Shown here: one piece after another, positions 25,001 through 38,647 of the stretch | Layout: the number at the start of each line of letters is the position of its first letter | How positions within the stretch are numbered: position 1 is the stretch's first letter | NCBI GenBank assembly: GCA_043228905.1 | Contig: JBHGNT010000009.1 | Location: forward strand, 6,882,001 to 6,946,000 | Direction: 5' to 3' | Source: Azolla caroliniana | Taxonomy: Eukaryota > Plantae > Polypodiophyta | DNA: 64,000 nucleotides | Made by a program: the position numbers and the translations under genes | Notes under the pieces: model-generated | The model's input: the letters and a program-made list of their open reading frames with translations, nothing else | Told to the model about the DNA's origin: nothing | Database searches by the model: none

Positions 25001-27868
25001 AGACTACACAGGTGGCCAGTGTTAAAGCAATGTTTCCTAGGCAAGAGGATCTAAGATTTTGGATGGTCGTGTGGATGGTCGTGTGGATGGTCCAGCTAGC
25101 AGTGCACTCAGATGGGTGTGATTGCGTGTGCATTCCATTGTAGGCTCCATCTTGAATCTAATTTTGAAGTTAATTTCTTGGATCGTAAAGGTAATTCGAG
25201 GGTTTAAGAGAATACAATGTGAACTTTGTGTTCAATAAATTATAGAGTGAACGAGAATCAAAAGTCAAGTGCTCTCCATTTATAAGAGTTTTGTTGCATT
25301 TTTGGTTGTCTATTTGATACTTCATTTTGTAGTGTCGTAGTTTTTATTATTAAATCAATGCTCATTGTTGCCTGAAGCCAAGTACATAATGCCTTAATAA
25401 ATACATGAAATCATGTTAACAGAATGTCATTTGTAAGTGTCATTTGAGAAAATCATTAAGCTCATGTAATACATTAGAAAAATTCTTTGCATTAGAAGGT
25501 CTGAATAGTAGTCACCCAAACAAATTTGAATGCAGAACTAGAAGGAATTCTATGTCCATCTTATGCTTATCTGATTCTTTGATTACAGATTGTTGCCAAG
25601 CATTTGTAAAAGAGGGCATTGATGGCTTGAGATTTCTAGCGTTACAAAGAAATAATCATGCATGTTCAGGCATGACAGATTCAGAATGGCTTCTTTTATA
25701 TGTAATAATATAATCTATATCAACAAATGTTTCTTTTATTTTTATGCATCTGTTTCATTGATGCTGTTTTGTTTTATGCATTGTATATCAGGGTGCTAGA
25801 GAGAGCTTGCTATCTCGAAGTGGAAATAGGTCCATGTTATCTGCTGAAAGCATTCCAAGCAGCCCATCCAATTCATCTCCTAAGACACCGAAGGGGGTGA
25901 ATCAAGAAGATTCGTTTCTGTCCTCACATGTTCCTTTGAGGTAGCTATGTGAACGAATCTCAGAGCTTAAAGTCTGCATCATACATATATGATTTTCTAT
26001 CACAATAGGATATTGTGCAAACTAATTGTGTACAATCATATATTGTATTTTCAGGTTACATACAAGTAAGAGCTTGTCACTTAGACCTTCTCATAAGTCA
26101 GGATTCCTAAGGTCATCATTGAGGTTTCTCTCTCTCTCTTCAAGGACAAATTGGTGGAGCTCAAGTGGCTCAACCAAATATGAACAAGTGAGGCGATGGT
26201 TTCATTTCCACATGGAATATAAATTAATGGTATGATTTATCATGCCATTGCGTAACACTAGATTGACTTTTCTAATCACTTGTTTTCTAGAAGGATCCTG
26301 TGGCAACAGAACTTTATGCTCTTCAGGAAGAGATTCTCAGTGCTGAGGAGCGTGAAGCAATTCTAAAAGCTAAGTAAGTATTAAGACTATCTGCAAATGT
26401 TATCATACTCGGTTGAATGTTGGATCTTATATTGTGATTGTTTTTGAAGTTTAGACATTAATTTGTTTAATGTAATGCATTTTTCCCAGGATGCAGCATT
26501 TAGATGAGATATTGAGGACAGCTCAATTGGCCAGTTATTTGTACACCAGAATGGTGGGGTTTTGTGGGCTCTAGTTTTTGTTTTCTTTTGAGTATGTTGA
26601 TCCTGAATGATAATTCTATTTATATCCATTCAAGATATATTTATCTATATATGTGTTTGTCTATACATACATGTACAAATGTGCAATATATGTGCACATG
26701 CATATCCAACATACATGCATATATTTGCATTTATGTATATTTTTATGTCTGTGTGTAATATACATGTATATACAGGCATGCAATATATGTGGACATGCAT
26801 ATCCAACATACCTGTATATATTTGCATATATGTATATTTTGTGTACATCTGCAGATATCAAGCACGCGTGCTTTCATGTGCACATACATATATGTGTGTA
26901 TGTACTTCCAAGAAATTGAAACTGAAAACAGTTTCGACTTGACAGCGATGGACGCCTTTGCCTGGTGAATTGCCGGTCGACGATTCTGACGTTGATGATT
27001 GGTTACAAAGATTTCTTGTTTTAGAAGGTTCAACACTGTTTTTCTTTCCTCAAGCGGCAGGTTGGTTCTTGATTAAAGAAGAAGAAGAAGAAGACATATT
27101 TTATATTCGTGTTAGGCAAAATGTCAAATCAAACTTGTAGCCACATAGCCATTTATAAATAACAAATTTTTTTATGCTATATCTTAGATTTAAGGCCAGA
27201 AGGAGCTATTCTCTTCACCGAGGTTGTGGAAGTTGGATTGATATCAGGAAAAATACAACATGATGAGGAGGATATAACTTGGTTTGGATTCCATGTCACA
27301 ACATCAGAGGGACTACGGCTCGAATGTGCCACTCCTATAAAGCTTCAGGTTTTCTTTTGCAAAAAACAGAATCAATTCCTTTTCTTTTGCGAAAATTCGT
27401 GGTTAAAATACGAGAATCACCCTGGTGTTTCCGAATATTGCCAGAACTGCTAGGCAGTAGGAAAAATATTTTAGCATGAGAGGAAATGTTTTAGAGAGTG
27501 GAAAATAGTTTGTTTTTAGAGAGGAATAAGGGTTTTGGAGTGAAGAAAGGGGTGTTCTGGTAATTCTCAAAATGTAAGTGTGTTCTCGTAGATATCTCAT
27601 TTTGTTTTGGTTTCACCTTTTGAATATCATTTAGTTTTGGTTTCCTGACACCCCCCCCCCCCCCCCCTCCCCATTCGACTGACTGAATCATACGGTTATA
27701 CCTAGTCAATGCTGAATGTGTGCATTTGATCAATGAAGAAACTTATTTTAACCTGAAAAATAGGATAATTAGTATAACTTGTGGGCATTTCAGGCAGACT
27801 TATGGATGTCAATGATCCAAGCTTCACATTCGGAACATTCTTTGCTGGAAGGAGAGGGAGCATCATGA
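22072..27868 (+). CDS. SAM-like + coiled-coil + pleckstrin-homology-like domain protein, ~390 aa
   Basis: Exons 22072-22110, 23028-23268, 25589-25701, 25792-25940, 26055-26187, 26291-26373, 26490-26553, 26946-27060, 27188-27348, 27794-27868; all GT-AG and phase-consistent (1173 nt). SAM-like WSVDDVVSWV...AFVKEGIDGLRFLAL; conserved plant PH-like block HLDEILRTAQLASYLYTRMRWTPLPGE...DVDDWLQRFLVL...GLRLECAT...QADLWM. First coding exon less certain (ATG 23028 is the alternative start). Confidence 0.88.
23760..24530 (+). mobile_element. Highly decayed gypsy pol remnant in intron 2 of the SAM-PH gene
   Basis: Fragmentary motifs in the expected order: KEDGT (~23806), PRIDDILDGL (~23877), LGHVV (~24214), YPQIDGQ (~24508). 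Confidence 0.55.
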
Positions 27869-29099
27869 TGTGATTAATAGTAGTACACTTCTTCATGCTT
27901 TGTCTCAGCAAACCCCCGGCCCTTTGTAAAAGATTTGAGAACCTGATGTCATAATGCACATAAACCTCTCGAATAATGTCACGTCATTATTATTGTACTA
28001 AACCGAACATCATATTTGATGGCTTGATAGATTTAGCAAAGTGTAAATCATCAGGAAGTTCCCTTTGAATTCAAGGGAACTGCGAATGTAAAGGTGGGAC
28101 AATCACTATCTATGTACATAACTTCTTTTGTTTAGAATTGTAAGGTATTTTTGGTTCTGTCCCTGTTATATGCAAGGGAACACAATATACTTCTGTACGT
28201 GATTATAAATTAAAGATCTATTATTTCTACACGCGTTAGTGAAATCATTGACTTTGGTGAAAACATTTATTTTTGATTCATTTTTTGTTTGTGAATGTTC
28301 TGCCATATTATGATGCACTATTTCTTCTTAATGGGCAGTTAGGAATTCAATTGGCTTGATGGTGGGCTTTATTTGGATTGTTATGGTCTTTCTTCATGGT
28401 AACTCCAAAAGTTAGTAAATGAAAGAATAATGTAGAATATGCTCAATTCAAAAGCCTGAAGATTGAGTAAAACATTGTCCTAATAATAATTCTAGCTTTG
28501 TTTTGTAGGATTATCACGAAATATCTCAAATTGGGCTAGCTATTTCTTGTGGGTTGACTTCAAAAGGTGCCAATGTTTGTATTAAAGGGAATCCATTCCT
28601 TGTATTGTTGATGATTGCAATAAATGGGATGTTATTGATAGAGATGCGCATGCTTCTTGACATACATATTAATGAATCACTAATAGATCTGATATACACC
28701 ATGAACCCTTGGATTTGTTCCTCATTAGTGGTTCTTGTTTGTTTGATGGACATTATAATTATCATAGTGAACGAACCACCTATACCTATGAAGGAGTCAA
28801 GGTACGAATAGGGATGCTATATATTGGACATTGCAACTAATAATATAGTTGTAAAATAGGTTTTGGGTAAATGACGACAATCGTACCTGACCACAAAGTA
28901 GGAATAATGTGAAAGCTGATTATATGCCTTTGCAATAGTATTGCCAAATAATGATTATGGAGGTATGACCACGTGTGTAACTTTAAAAACAAAAGTTAAG
29001 CATGTACTTAATCACCATTTCCATGGCCCATGACCCAAATGGTAAGCAATGCAATTTCAAGAAGTAGGATGTATGACTTTTGTTGTTTGACTTCAAGAA

Positions 29100-30500
29100 A
29101 CTTCATAAGAAAACATTTTTTGACATTTTAAAACTCTTTCCTGGTAGATTTAGGGATGCTATATGTCAACTCTCACAAAGAAGCACTGATGTTATAAATG
29201 TGTCAAAGAGGTATTTTTGAAGAATCCAACATTTAATTTCTCCATAATTGCATATGTTCTCCAATGCATAGTTCGCCCTTTTTCCTGCTTCTAAGTGGTA
29301 GTCGCACACTTATTCCATCTATGATTAGAGGCAATCTCAACCCCAAGATATTTGAAACTCTACAATTTGACGTGGCCCATTATTGTGATATAATGCATGG
29401 TTAATCCTTATTTTGATTATTAATGAGTGTAACCATGTATTGGAAATGTTGTCACTCAAATTACTATGCATACAAAATGATTCCAATATATTCTAAAGCT
29501 GTTACACATCTTCTACAGTACTTGCAAAAAGCACCACATCATTTGCATATAACAAAGATAGTAACTACATTCGTAATGGTAACTTCTTCATTGCCTTAAT
29601 GTTTTAAAACTCGTTGACCATTTATTCCAATTCATCAATGCATAAATCAAAGAGAGTGGGTGGAAGTGGCCTCCTTGTTTAATCTGAATGGTGCTAGTGA
29701 AAAGATATGAAATTCCATCTCCCAAACACATTGCATATCACCCTCTCACAATTTTGAGACTTTGCAAGAATATATTCATCAAGTATCTTCACTTCTTCAA
29801 TTTGTTTCTAAAGATGTTCACGGGACACTATATCAAAAGCTTTCCTATACTATGCAAATCAATGATATGCAAACCTTTCAAAAGAATAATTTCCATTAAT
29901 GGTCGAAGATTGACAAGGCGATCAATGATATTGTAGTGTTTTCGAAAATGAGTTTGTCCTTAGCCATGTTTCACTTCAGACATGAAACACCCAAGTATCA
30001 ACCCATTCTTAACCCAAAGATGGTCATTGTAGTGGGTTCAAAAATAGTTGATACTCCTTACCCTTTTGAAATAATGATATGTAGGAGGATGAGATGTTGT
30101 ACCCAAATAGAGTTGAGTATAAATAATCTACGGATAAATCTACTCTATTATTTAGATATAAAGTGAATTTGTGTTTGCCCCTTCTTGTTATGTACTTAAT
30201 GCACCTTTGAGTCCAAAAATCATTTACTTGTGATCAAATAGTGAATTCAATGATGGAATGTTTCTTGCATTGGTTCTTTTGGACAAAAAACTAGAAATTG
30301 TTTATAAAACTCTAGGATTCCTTGTAGAATATAGTTCAAGAAACTGTTTGATGTATGGCACTAGGTAGTTGTCACAAATTGTAGCATCATTTATTCTTTG
30401 AAAATGTACACACATCTCGGTAAACTATGCCAACATTGAACATCTTCATCTTATCTCTAACTTGTGGTGTGTAGAGAGGCTTCAAACATTAGGTGTCTGA
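29100..30500 (-). mobile_element. Decayed non-LTR retrotransposon (LINE) RT remnant
   Basis: Minus strand, correct order: KAFDIVSR (~29820-29843), IKQGG/PLPPTLF (~29650-29684, KQGCPLSPTLF-like), LLYANDVV (~29533-29556, YADD-like). Confidence 0.7.
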
Positions 30501-31149
30501 TCGGTTTAACATAAACACAAATAGGGATAATATACATTACTACTTCTAGCAACATACCGTTCGTGTCTACATAATTCTAAGAGAATAGTTCCTTGAACTC
30601 TCAAAGGAGCGTAATTAATGTGTCTATATTTTTTTCTGATTTCTTTGACCTGTGTAGGACAATCAAATGTTATTCGTGGCCATGTGGGTGGGGTGGAGGT
30701 ATGTAACATTGTGTGGATGTTATTTGTATGGTATAAAGTGCTCAAGAACGTCAATGTCTTCGGTGCTTGTGATTGGTTCTTCCTCTTTTCATTTACTTTT
30801 TTCCTTGCGACTATTTGGTTGTGCTTTCAAGCATCCTTACAACATAGATGTAATATGTTTTAAGGGCAAGGTCATCTTTACTCTTGACTAAGCTTGGATG
30901 TGACTATGGAACAACTCACACCTTCTTCATGCCATTGTCATTATAACACTAAATGGCTACAGAATACATCCTATTCACCATCGAAAGTGCATGTATCACC
31001 ATTGATTGTGTTGTCATTCCTAGCAAGGTGCATGGTTATGTTTTCTATTGTATTGACGTTAATAATTGTGGATGTAATGAAAGGGCACCTCATCCTTTGA
31101 TTCCCCATTACCTCACATCTTGGACTTTTTTTAATTGGTAAGGTGTAGG

Positions 31150-33080
31150 ATCACCCCCCAGGTGTAGGATCACCCCCCTCCCCTCCAATATGAGGCAAGT
31201 TGGTGAACTCATTCTTGTGTTGATTAAAGGGGATTGGAAAGTTGAAGAAGTTTCCTAAACGTACATGGTGGGGACTTTGGATAATTGCCTAGTTAGCTTG
31301 GCCAAAGCGCCCTATAGGAGCCATCCAACAATTATCTAGGTAATGCATGACAAAAGCATGACACCACTTACAATATTCCATTTGCCTCTGGTGAAGCTAA
31401 GGATACTCAGTGATATGTGGGGTCCTTGACAAGTTGAACATCAAACATTGTCAAACACGATGAATCCTATACGTTTCTTAACGTTCCTTGATTGTGCTTC
31501 AAGAAGAGGTGCTACCAATCATCATCTTCTTTGAGATGTGAGAACTATGGTGGGCAAAAAAAAACTTCCATACCCGTAGTTTGGTCACATGCTTGTGTGA
31601 ATGACTTACACTTCTCAATAATGAGAAGTTATGTACCATTTGATCAACAAATCACCTCCTATGAAAATATCCATCATCTCCCTTGCCTACTTATTGAATG
31701 AGAAAATAGGTCAATAGGGTTCCATTTGATTCCTTGTAGAAAACATTCATTAACAGACCCTCCTTTACAAAGTTAAAATTGTTAAAATTTTCTTTGAGGA
31801 TGTGTGACAATATTTCCTCACTTGGTCATAAAGGGTTAGCCTACAAACCACTACTCTTGTTACATTAGAGATAGTTCATAGGTCTAAATCATTTGTTTGA
31901 ACTTTTCGACCCAATCATGTGTTTCCTTGTATGAACTTTGAAGTATTTAAAAACCACACCTTGGCATAATTTCTCCATGTCCAAGGTTTGAATGGGGTAC
32001 ACCAAATTAGAATATATTAATAAGGTTAGAAATAGCACACCTACAATTTGCACTTTTATAGGTATACATTGATCCAATGGTGTAGATTGCACATGAATCC
32101 GGAAGCATACTCTATTTTGTACATTGCATAGATCACTTTGGGTTTCCTATTGTGGATTAGTTCTATGATGAGATTCCACTCCTTCATGAATTCATTAGTG
32201 AGTTTGATCCTATGTGATTGACCCTCAAATACTTCGCAATAATCATGGGGATCAATTGCATGATTGTTGTACTTTTGACCACCATCAATAAGAGATTGTA
32301 AAGAATATGGTAGATTCCTTAAATCACTTGTATTTGCAATATTTTTCATGATTGCTCTCATAAATATTGTGATTAGTGTAATTGAAAACAAAAACTAAAT
32401 AAAAAACAAAAACAAAAACAAAAGATAGGTAAGACAGACAATGGCAAAAATGCAAAATCTAAATGAATTAAAAGGTGATTAGCATTTAATAGCCATGTAA
32501 AAAATAAATGATCAAACAAAAGTCATAGATGAACATTGGTTTGGAAATAAACTAGAGTTTGACGAATAGAAACTCTACAATTTAACCTCTCGCTAGTGTT
32601 GTTGAGTAATCTTTAGTCTTCTCTTTCTTGCTATTCATTACTATATGATGACTAAGTTGTTCCCGTGAGAGGTTATAAAAAGCTTTGAGTGACAACCTTC
32701 TCTTTAGAAATGGTGCCAAATTAGATTTTCCAAGTCACATTGAGTAGCTTTGAGAACACATATATGAATCTTGGTTAGAGTTGTACTTTCACAATGAGGT
32801 AATGTGCGAGATCTAACACTTTTCAACCCTCTCATTAGTGACATAGGTAGGTTCTCAATCACTTCTAAGCGACTACAATTCAATTAAACGCTCAAGATGA
32901 ACCCCGCTCCACTAAGTTAGTGATTAAGTTAATAAAATGTAAACAAGTTAACTAAGCAAGACATATACTTAAGAACAAGCACACGTCCATTAATCAAGGA
33001 AATTAAGGTAATATAAAAGATTGGTGCAAGGCTTAGAGTGAACAACTTAGCACTAATCCTTTAAGAGAGAGAAAAGAACT
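31150..33080 (-). mobile_element. Possible decayed gypsy (Athila-like) gag/PBS/LTR remnant
   Basis: gag-like DPHDYCEVF in ORF 32056-32391; degenerate PBS-like TTTGGCACCATT on minus at ~32706-32718. Confidence 0.3.
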
Positions 33081-33240
33081 ATGGAAGGCTCAAATCATTG
33101 TCCTTATCATCTCTATCATGATCATGATCGTGATAATCATTATCATTATCCCCATCCATATCTCCATCTTTACCATCATCGTTGTCATTGTATTCATCAC
33201 GATGTAACATGCCATCTCTCTTGGTCCATGATCCCGTGGT

Positions 33241-33382
33241 TCCACTCCCTAGTGTACATGCACACACATATAAATGCAATGATGTGTCTCATCTACATCT
33301 CTTCCCCTTGATCCACTCCCTAGTGTACATGCGCACACATACAAATGCAATGATGTGTCTCATCTACATCTCTTCCCCTTGA
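33241..33382. repeat. 71-bp tandem duplication
   Basis: TCCACTCCCTAGTGTACATG...CTCTTCCCCTTGA twice, near-identical. Confidence 0.9.
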
Positions 33383-35363
33383 ACTAATAATGCTTAAAAC
33401 TTTTCAAGGGAGAGTGAAAGATTTCTTATGTGAGTGGTTAGTCTTGGAAGGAAGCCATTACACTTCACATGCTATCATGGATTCATTTCTATGCTAGCTT
33501 AACATCCATCTTTAATATCCTTGTGATAAAGGAAACTATTTGCCTTCCCATCTTGTGTCAATCTAATGAAGGTCTTACTCTCCAACATTAATGGTAAGAG
33601 TTTCACTTTGATGTTCACTTGTTGATGTTATTGCTCCTAACTGAGCAATGGCAGATCTTGGTTAACCATGTCTTCCTCACTCTACCACATTCACCACCAA
33701 TGTTGACCCTAGCCATGCATGACTTATGTCAAACTTGTAAAATGTGGTCATTATTCTCGTCGAATGTTTAGAAGGATCGCTATGTAGCAAAGCCATATAA
33801 GTTGTGAGAACTTTAGCAGAAAAAATGTTAGGATATATGTACGAAATAATCTTCGTTTAATTACTTGGTTGGTTCTTATATGGAAATCTATCCATTTCAC
33901 TTGTGTAGCTAGACTATTTCTAGTGTTTGTAGTAACATGATTGATTTGGATGTACAACAATTTGGTAGCAGAACTTGCAATATGACACTCAAGGCTTGTG
34001 ATTAACAATTTATCCATGACATATGATTTCTATCAATTAGAATTCTATCACACATATAACAACTTTTCTTGAGCGTGTATGCATATACTTGAATGCTTGA
34101 TGAAGGATGCAAGTCTACGTTTGATGACAATATCTTGGTTGGCTTTGATACTTTGATGCCTACAAAATTGATGAAAATGAATCATGACTTTGTCACGACA
34201 TATACTTTTGATAAATATCTTAATTGGTTCAACACTTTCGAGCTGACAACTCGATTGAAAATCGATATTGACTTGTTAATTGTTTATCATACCATTTTCA
34301 TAAATTTTATACATGTTCCTACTACTAGCAAAGAAGCGTGTGGTATGAAAATTGCTCGTGTTGGGTGTGTGAATGCCTATGGTGTCGGTCACACCCATAA
34401 TGGTCATTAGTTTTGGTTTATTTTAGATCAAACGGAATTGGTCCACGAGAGTAGCAATGGGACATAAAATAAACCACATTGTGAACGCATGCGCACAAGC
34501 ATCCAAGCTAGATTAGGGGTTAGATTATTCATCGCAAATTCTCTTGGATATTAAATTTGTATTACATAAATTTACTATGATTTTTGTCAGAACTTCGAGA
34601 ACATGTTAATAAAGTGAACATACGTGCAAACTTGAGACTAAATTGAGGGAGTCCCCACCTTTGCTTTCTTACTTTTAAATACATGATTGAAAAAACAATG
34701 GGGGAGTAGATCATACATCAATGGGGCAATTGTTTATCGTAAAGGAGTTTTATGTCGTAACGTACACACACATACATAAAGATCTATCTTGTGTACTTCG
34801 AGAGTTATGGTTCAAGGTCTAATTTGTAAAAGTCAAATTTATTGTAATTCCCAAAATGTTTTAAAGTCAACAATGGTGGTGAAAGTAAATTCCACCTATT
34901 GGTTGCACTTTGACAACTATTTTGATTATGTTTATGTTATAGAGATTTAGAATGATGTTGGATGGGGTGAGAAACCATATTGTGTGTACGTGTACATATG
35001 TATATGTTGAAGCTAGATTGGAAATTTAGGTGTTTCGATTATTCATTGTAAGTTTCCAACGAGGAGATATCTCTTGTATGCAATTATATTGTAACTATTA
35101 GTAATTAGTATTAGTATAGAGTCATAGACATACATGTAACATAGACTCTAAATTAATTGAGAACATGACAAACGTACAAAGCTCAGGACAATCACCCATC
35201 ATCATAGATGGGACTCAAGAATTAATTTGGAGTCGATGTTGGGCTACTTATGGAAAGAAGTTTTATTTACTTGACACGTGTGATTTGAACATTTTGATTT
35301 CCAATATCGCATGGATGTGTTGTATACTCTAAATGAGTTCTACACGTTAAAATGTTCTGAAAT

Positions 35364-35636
35364 TCAAGGACTAAATCACAAAACTCAAAGAATCTTGGAA
35401 AATATAACCATGAAGTACTTACTGCGTTGTAGCAGGGAAAAAACACTTGGTTGATCAAGTATATTGAAAGAATAAGTATTAATGAGCTAGAACTCAAGGC
35501 TCAAGGACTAAATCACAAAACTCAAAGAATCCTAAAAAATGTAACCATGAAGTACTTACTACTTTGTAGCAGGGTAAAAACACTTGGTTCATCAAGTACA
35601 TTGAACGAATAAGTAGTAATGAACTAGAACTCAAGG
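35364..35636. repeat. ~137-bp tandem duplication (partial third copy ~35731-35765)
   Basis: TCAAGGACTAAATCACAAAACTCAAAGAATC...CTAGAACTCAAGG twice. Confidence 0.85.
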
Positions 35637-37509
35637 TGCAAACCAAGTCGAAGAAGTATTGACATTAAATTTTCATTTTCTGATCAGGTGGGCAAAGATC
35701 TAAAAGTTGATAAAGTTAACAAGGACGTCGAAAGAATAAATATTAACAAACTAGAACTCAAAGTGCAAATGTCTGTATTAGAATTTCATTCTACAATTTT
35801 GGACAAAAGTCTAAAAGTTGATAAAAGTAAATGTAGATGTGTATGGAGAAGGCTAAACTTGTCTTGCCCCTTTCTATTTAATTATAGACAAATCTATGGG
35901 AGAGCCCCATGACTATCTCTTCGAGGATGTTATAATCGAAGACACCAATGTCTGTCGCTTGTCAAAATCAACATTAGGGTTGTTAGATCACACCATGTCC
36001 TCTGTTGAAATAGTACATTGGAGATGTTGGATCTCCATGTCTTGTCATGATGGTCCTACTTGTACATTGATTGAGAGAAAAACTTACTTCATTTTGCACA
36101 TGTAATATTATAAGAAATTAAACTTGAGAAGTATCTTCACAATAATTACTTTGTTCAAAAAATATGAGTAATAACCTTTTTATTATCGTAAATTGCTTAT
36201 ATGGACTAGTATCCTAGGATAAATTAATCTTCACAACACAATGAATCTTTTTTATTGCTTCTCCATAATTCACTAATGGCCACTAGAGAAATTGTGCAGC
36301 ATTAGCAATCCAAGAAAACCCTTAAAACGATTGTAAAGATGATGCAAATGGATAAGTAACGATATTATACAGGATGAAGCAATTAGAGAAATCATACATG
36401 TAAACAATGTAATTAAAATCCTATAAACCTTTATCATGATGAAACGTTAGATCTTATATGCATATTGAGCTTTAGTGGTGCCTATTAGTATAGAGAATAA
36501 CAATTGGAGCATATATCTCCTAGGTTTTACTTTTTGAAGAAGATTGAAAGCACGCTTTTGAAAATTCCGCCAAGATACATTCACCCTACAACATGTACAC
36601 ACACAATTCAATGGTTACCTTTATATACCGTACTTGTAAAGATGCAAAACATGTGTGCATATACACTCACAGATCCAAGCAAATATACCAATCTATTATA
36701 TTATAATTCGTTTTACTATATTTACATATCTAGAACCTGGATGCATGAGGTTGGCCTCCTAGAGAGCTCCAACTATTGGTCACACTTGTGCACCCCCCAT
36801 GGGAGATAGTTGAGGGGTAAGGGATTACAAACATAGGTTTGGGGTTGGTAAATTTTCACTCATTATTTCTACGAATTTCCATGCCTAGTTTATGAGACCG
36901 AAATCAATTCCAAAGTACAAAAGAGATGCTTATGATTACCATTCTCATATTTAATTCTCAAGCCTATCGTGTTGTCATTAAAATTTCCATAGGTCTCTAG
37001 TACCTTGCACCATAGGTAGTAGGTACCCTTCCAAGTTTCCAAAACCATTGGATTGATTTGGTCACTATATTACATATGCAACATTGTGCAATATTAGAGA
37101 GTTTATAAATTGCTAGACTTGTAGATTGAGCACATACCTAGGTCATGTAGTACTTTCCTTTTGCAGGGTAGGTGGTACTTCTCTTTTCATCAAAACAATA
37201 ATTCAATTGTTACAAAATAAATAGGAGAACATTTGATGTAGTATGCATATTCAAGTACCTCTAAGTAGTACAACTACTATCACTATTTACAAATGCTAGT
37301 TTGGTCCAAAACCTTTTTGGTAGTTATACATACATACTAGTGCTATCAAGCTGTAGGCTTGGACGTGGAATTGTTGATAGTGGAAAGATACACCATTGTT
37401 ATCATGTGTCGTCACATGTTTATTCAAGATAGTTGTTGAATCATGAATGACATCTTTTCTCAGTTCAACCACTACATATGTATATGTAATGTATGTCTTC
37501 ATATACACT

Positions 37510-37738
37510 AATTTTATGATAATTAAATTTGTTTAGACCGTCAAACATTAGTGTTAAAAAGAAACATAGTTCGACCACTAAATACATGTAATCTATGCCT
37601 TCATGTACACCAATTTTATGATAATTAAATTTGTTTAGACCGTCAAACATTAGTGTTAAAAAGAAACATAGTTCGACCACTAAATACATGTAATCTATGC
37701 CTTCATGTACACCAATTTTATGATAATTAAATTTGTTT
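37510..37738. repeat. 102-bp tandem repeat, 2 copies plus partial third
   Basis: AATTTTATGATAATTAAATTTGTTT recurs with a 102-bp period. Confidence 0.9.
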
Positions 37739-38527
37739 CGAACTTCAAACATCGATGTTAGAAAAAAGAAACATTACAAAATGTAGGCAAATAAGCTTAT
37801 ACGAAGAATGTGTCAACCTATATGATTACTTTAAACAAAAACCTATGAGTGTGACAATGGTCTCTAGCACAAATAGTTGAGTTTATAGGCTCATTCTCAT
37901 GAAAAAATTACTTTCTTTCTTTGCTTTGAGCCTCAAGTTTATGAGGATGACAATAGTCTCTAGCATATAAAGTAGAGGCTTGTAAGGCTCATTCCCATGA
38001 ACATATTACCTTTTTAGTGTGCCTTGAGTCTATAAATAACTGTATGATATTGAATAATTGCACATGGAGTGATATTGCTTCACCTAACATGGATACATGT
38101 ATCCATGTCATTATGCTTTCTACATAGCTTCAAAAGACATGTAGGTGCTAACTTATGGTTAGTAATGAGCACACATAGTAACCATTTGTGTCTGCATGGA
38201 TAGTTCAACATGTTACTAGCTTATCAATCACACAAATAAGTCACCATAGATACAAAACCATTAAGTGGCAAACTTCATATAGAAAATGAATCTCTTTTGG
38301 GCCCTAAGGATAGAAAGTGATGGCTTCACATAATATTGAAACAAAATATTGATTAAATTGTTGCTTGTTGTGATCTACACATTGAAAGGAAATAGAATAT
38401 ATTATTTCCCAAGTTTTACTGAAGGATCAAGATACCCCAACGAGGAAGCATCTATAAATCAATGTAATGGATACTCAATATGTATAATGGCATAAAGAAG
38501 GAAAGAAATCATATGCATGCATGCATG

Positions 38528-38647
38528 CATACATACATACATACATACATACATACATACATACATACATACATACATACATACATACATACATACATAC
38601 ATACATACATACATACATACATACATACATACATACATACATACATA
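38528..38647. repeat. (ATAC)n tetranucleotide microsatellite
   Basis: Read directly from the sequence. Confidence 0.95.

Noticed and set aside
25669-25672. Non-canonical GC splice donor (CAG|GCATG) in the SAM-PH gene
   Set aside because: Wrong phase for the next exon; the GT donor at 25702 keeps the frame and completes the SAM-like helix.
26600-26900. Overlapping ORFs in the alternating purine-pyrimidine intron
   Set aside because: Low-complexity (ATAT/ATGT/GCAT) sequence with a local duplication inside an intron.
33079-33311. His- or Asp-rich small ORFs
   Set aside because: Product of degenerate (ATC)n low-complexity sequence.
35364-37738. CRISPR-like array
   Set aside because: Plain tandem duplications with no unique spacers, no cas genes, eukaryotic context.
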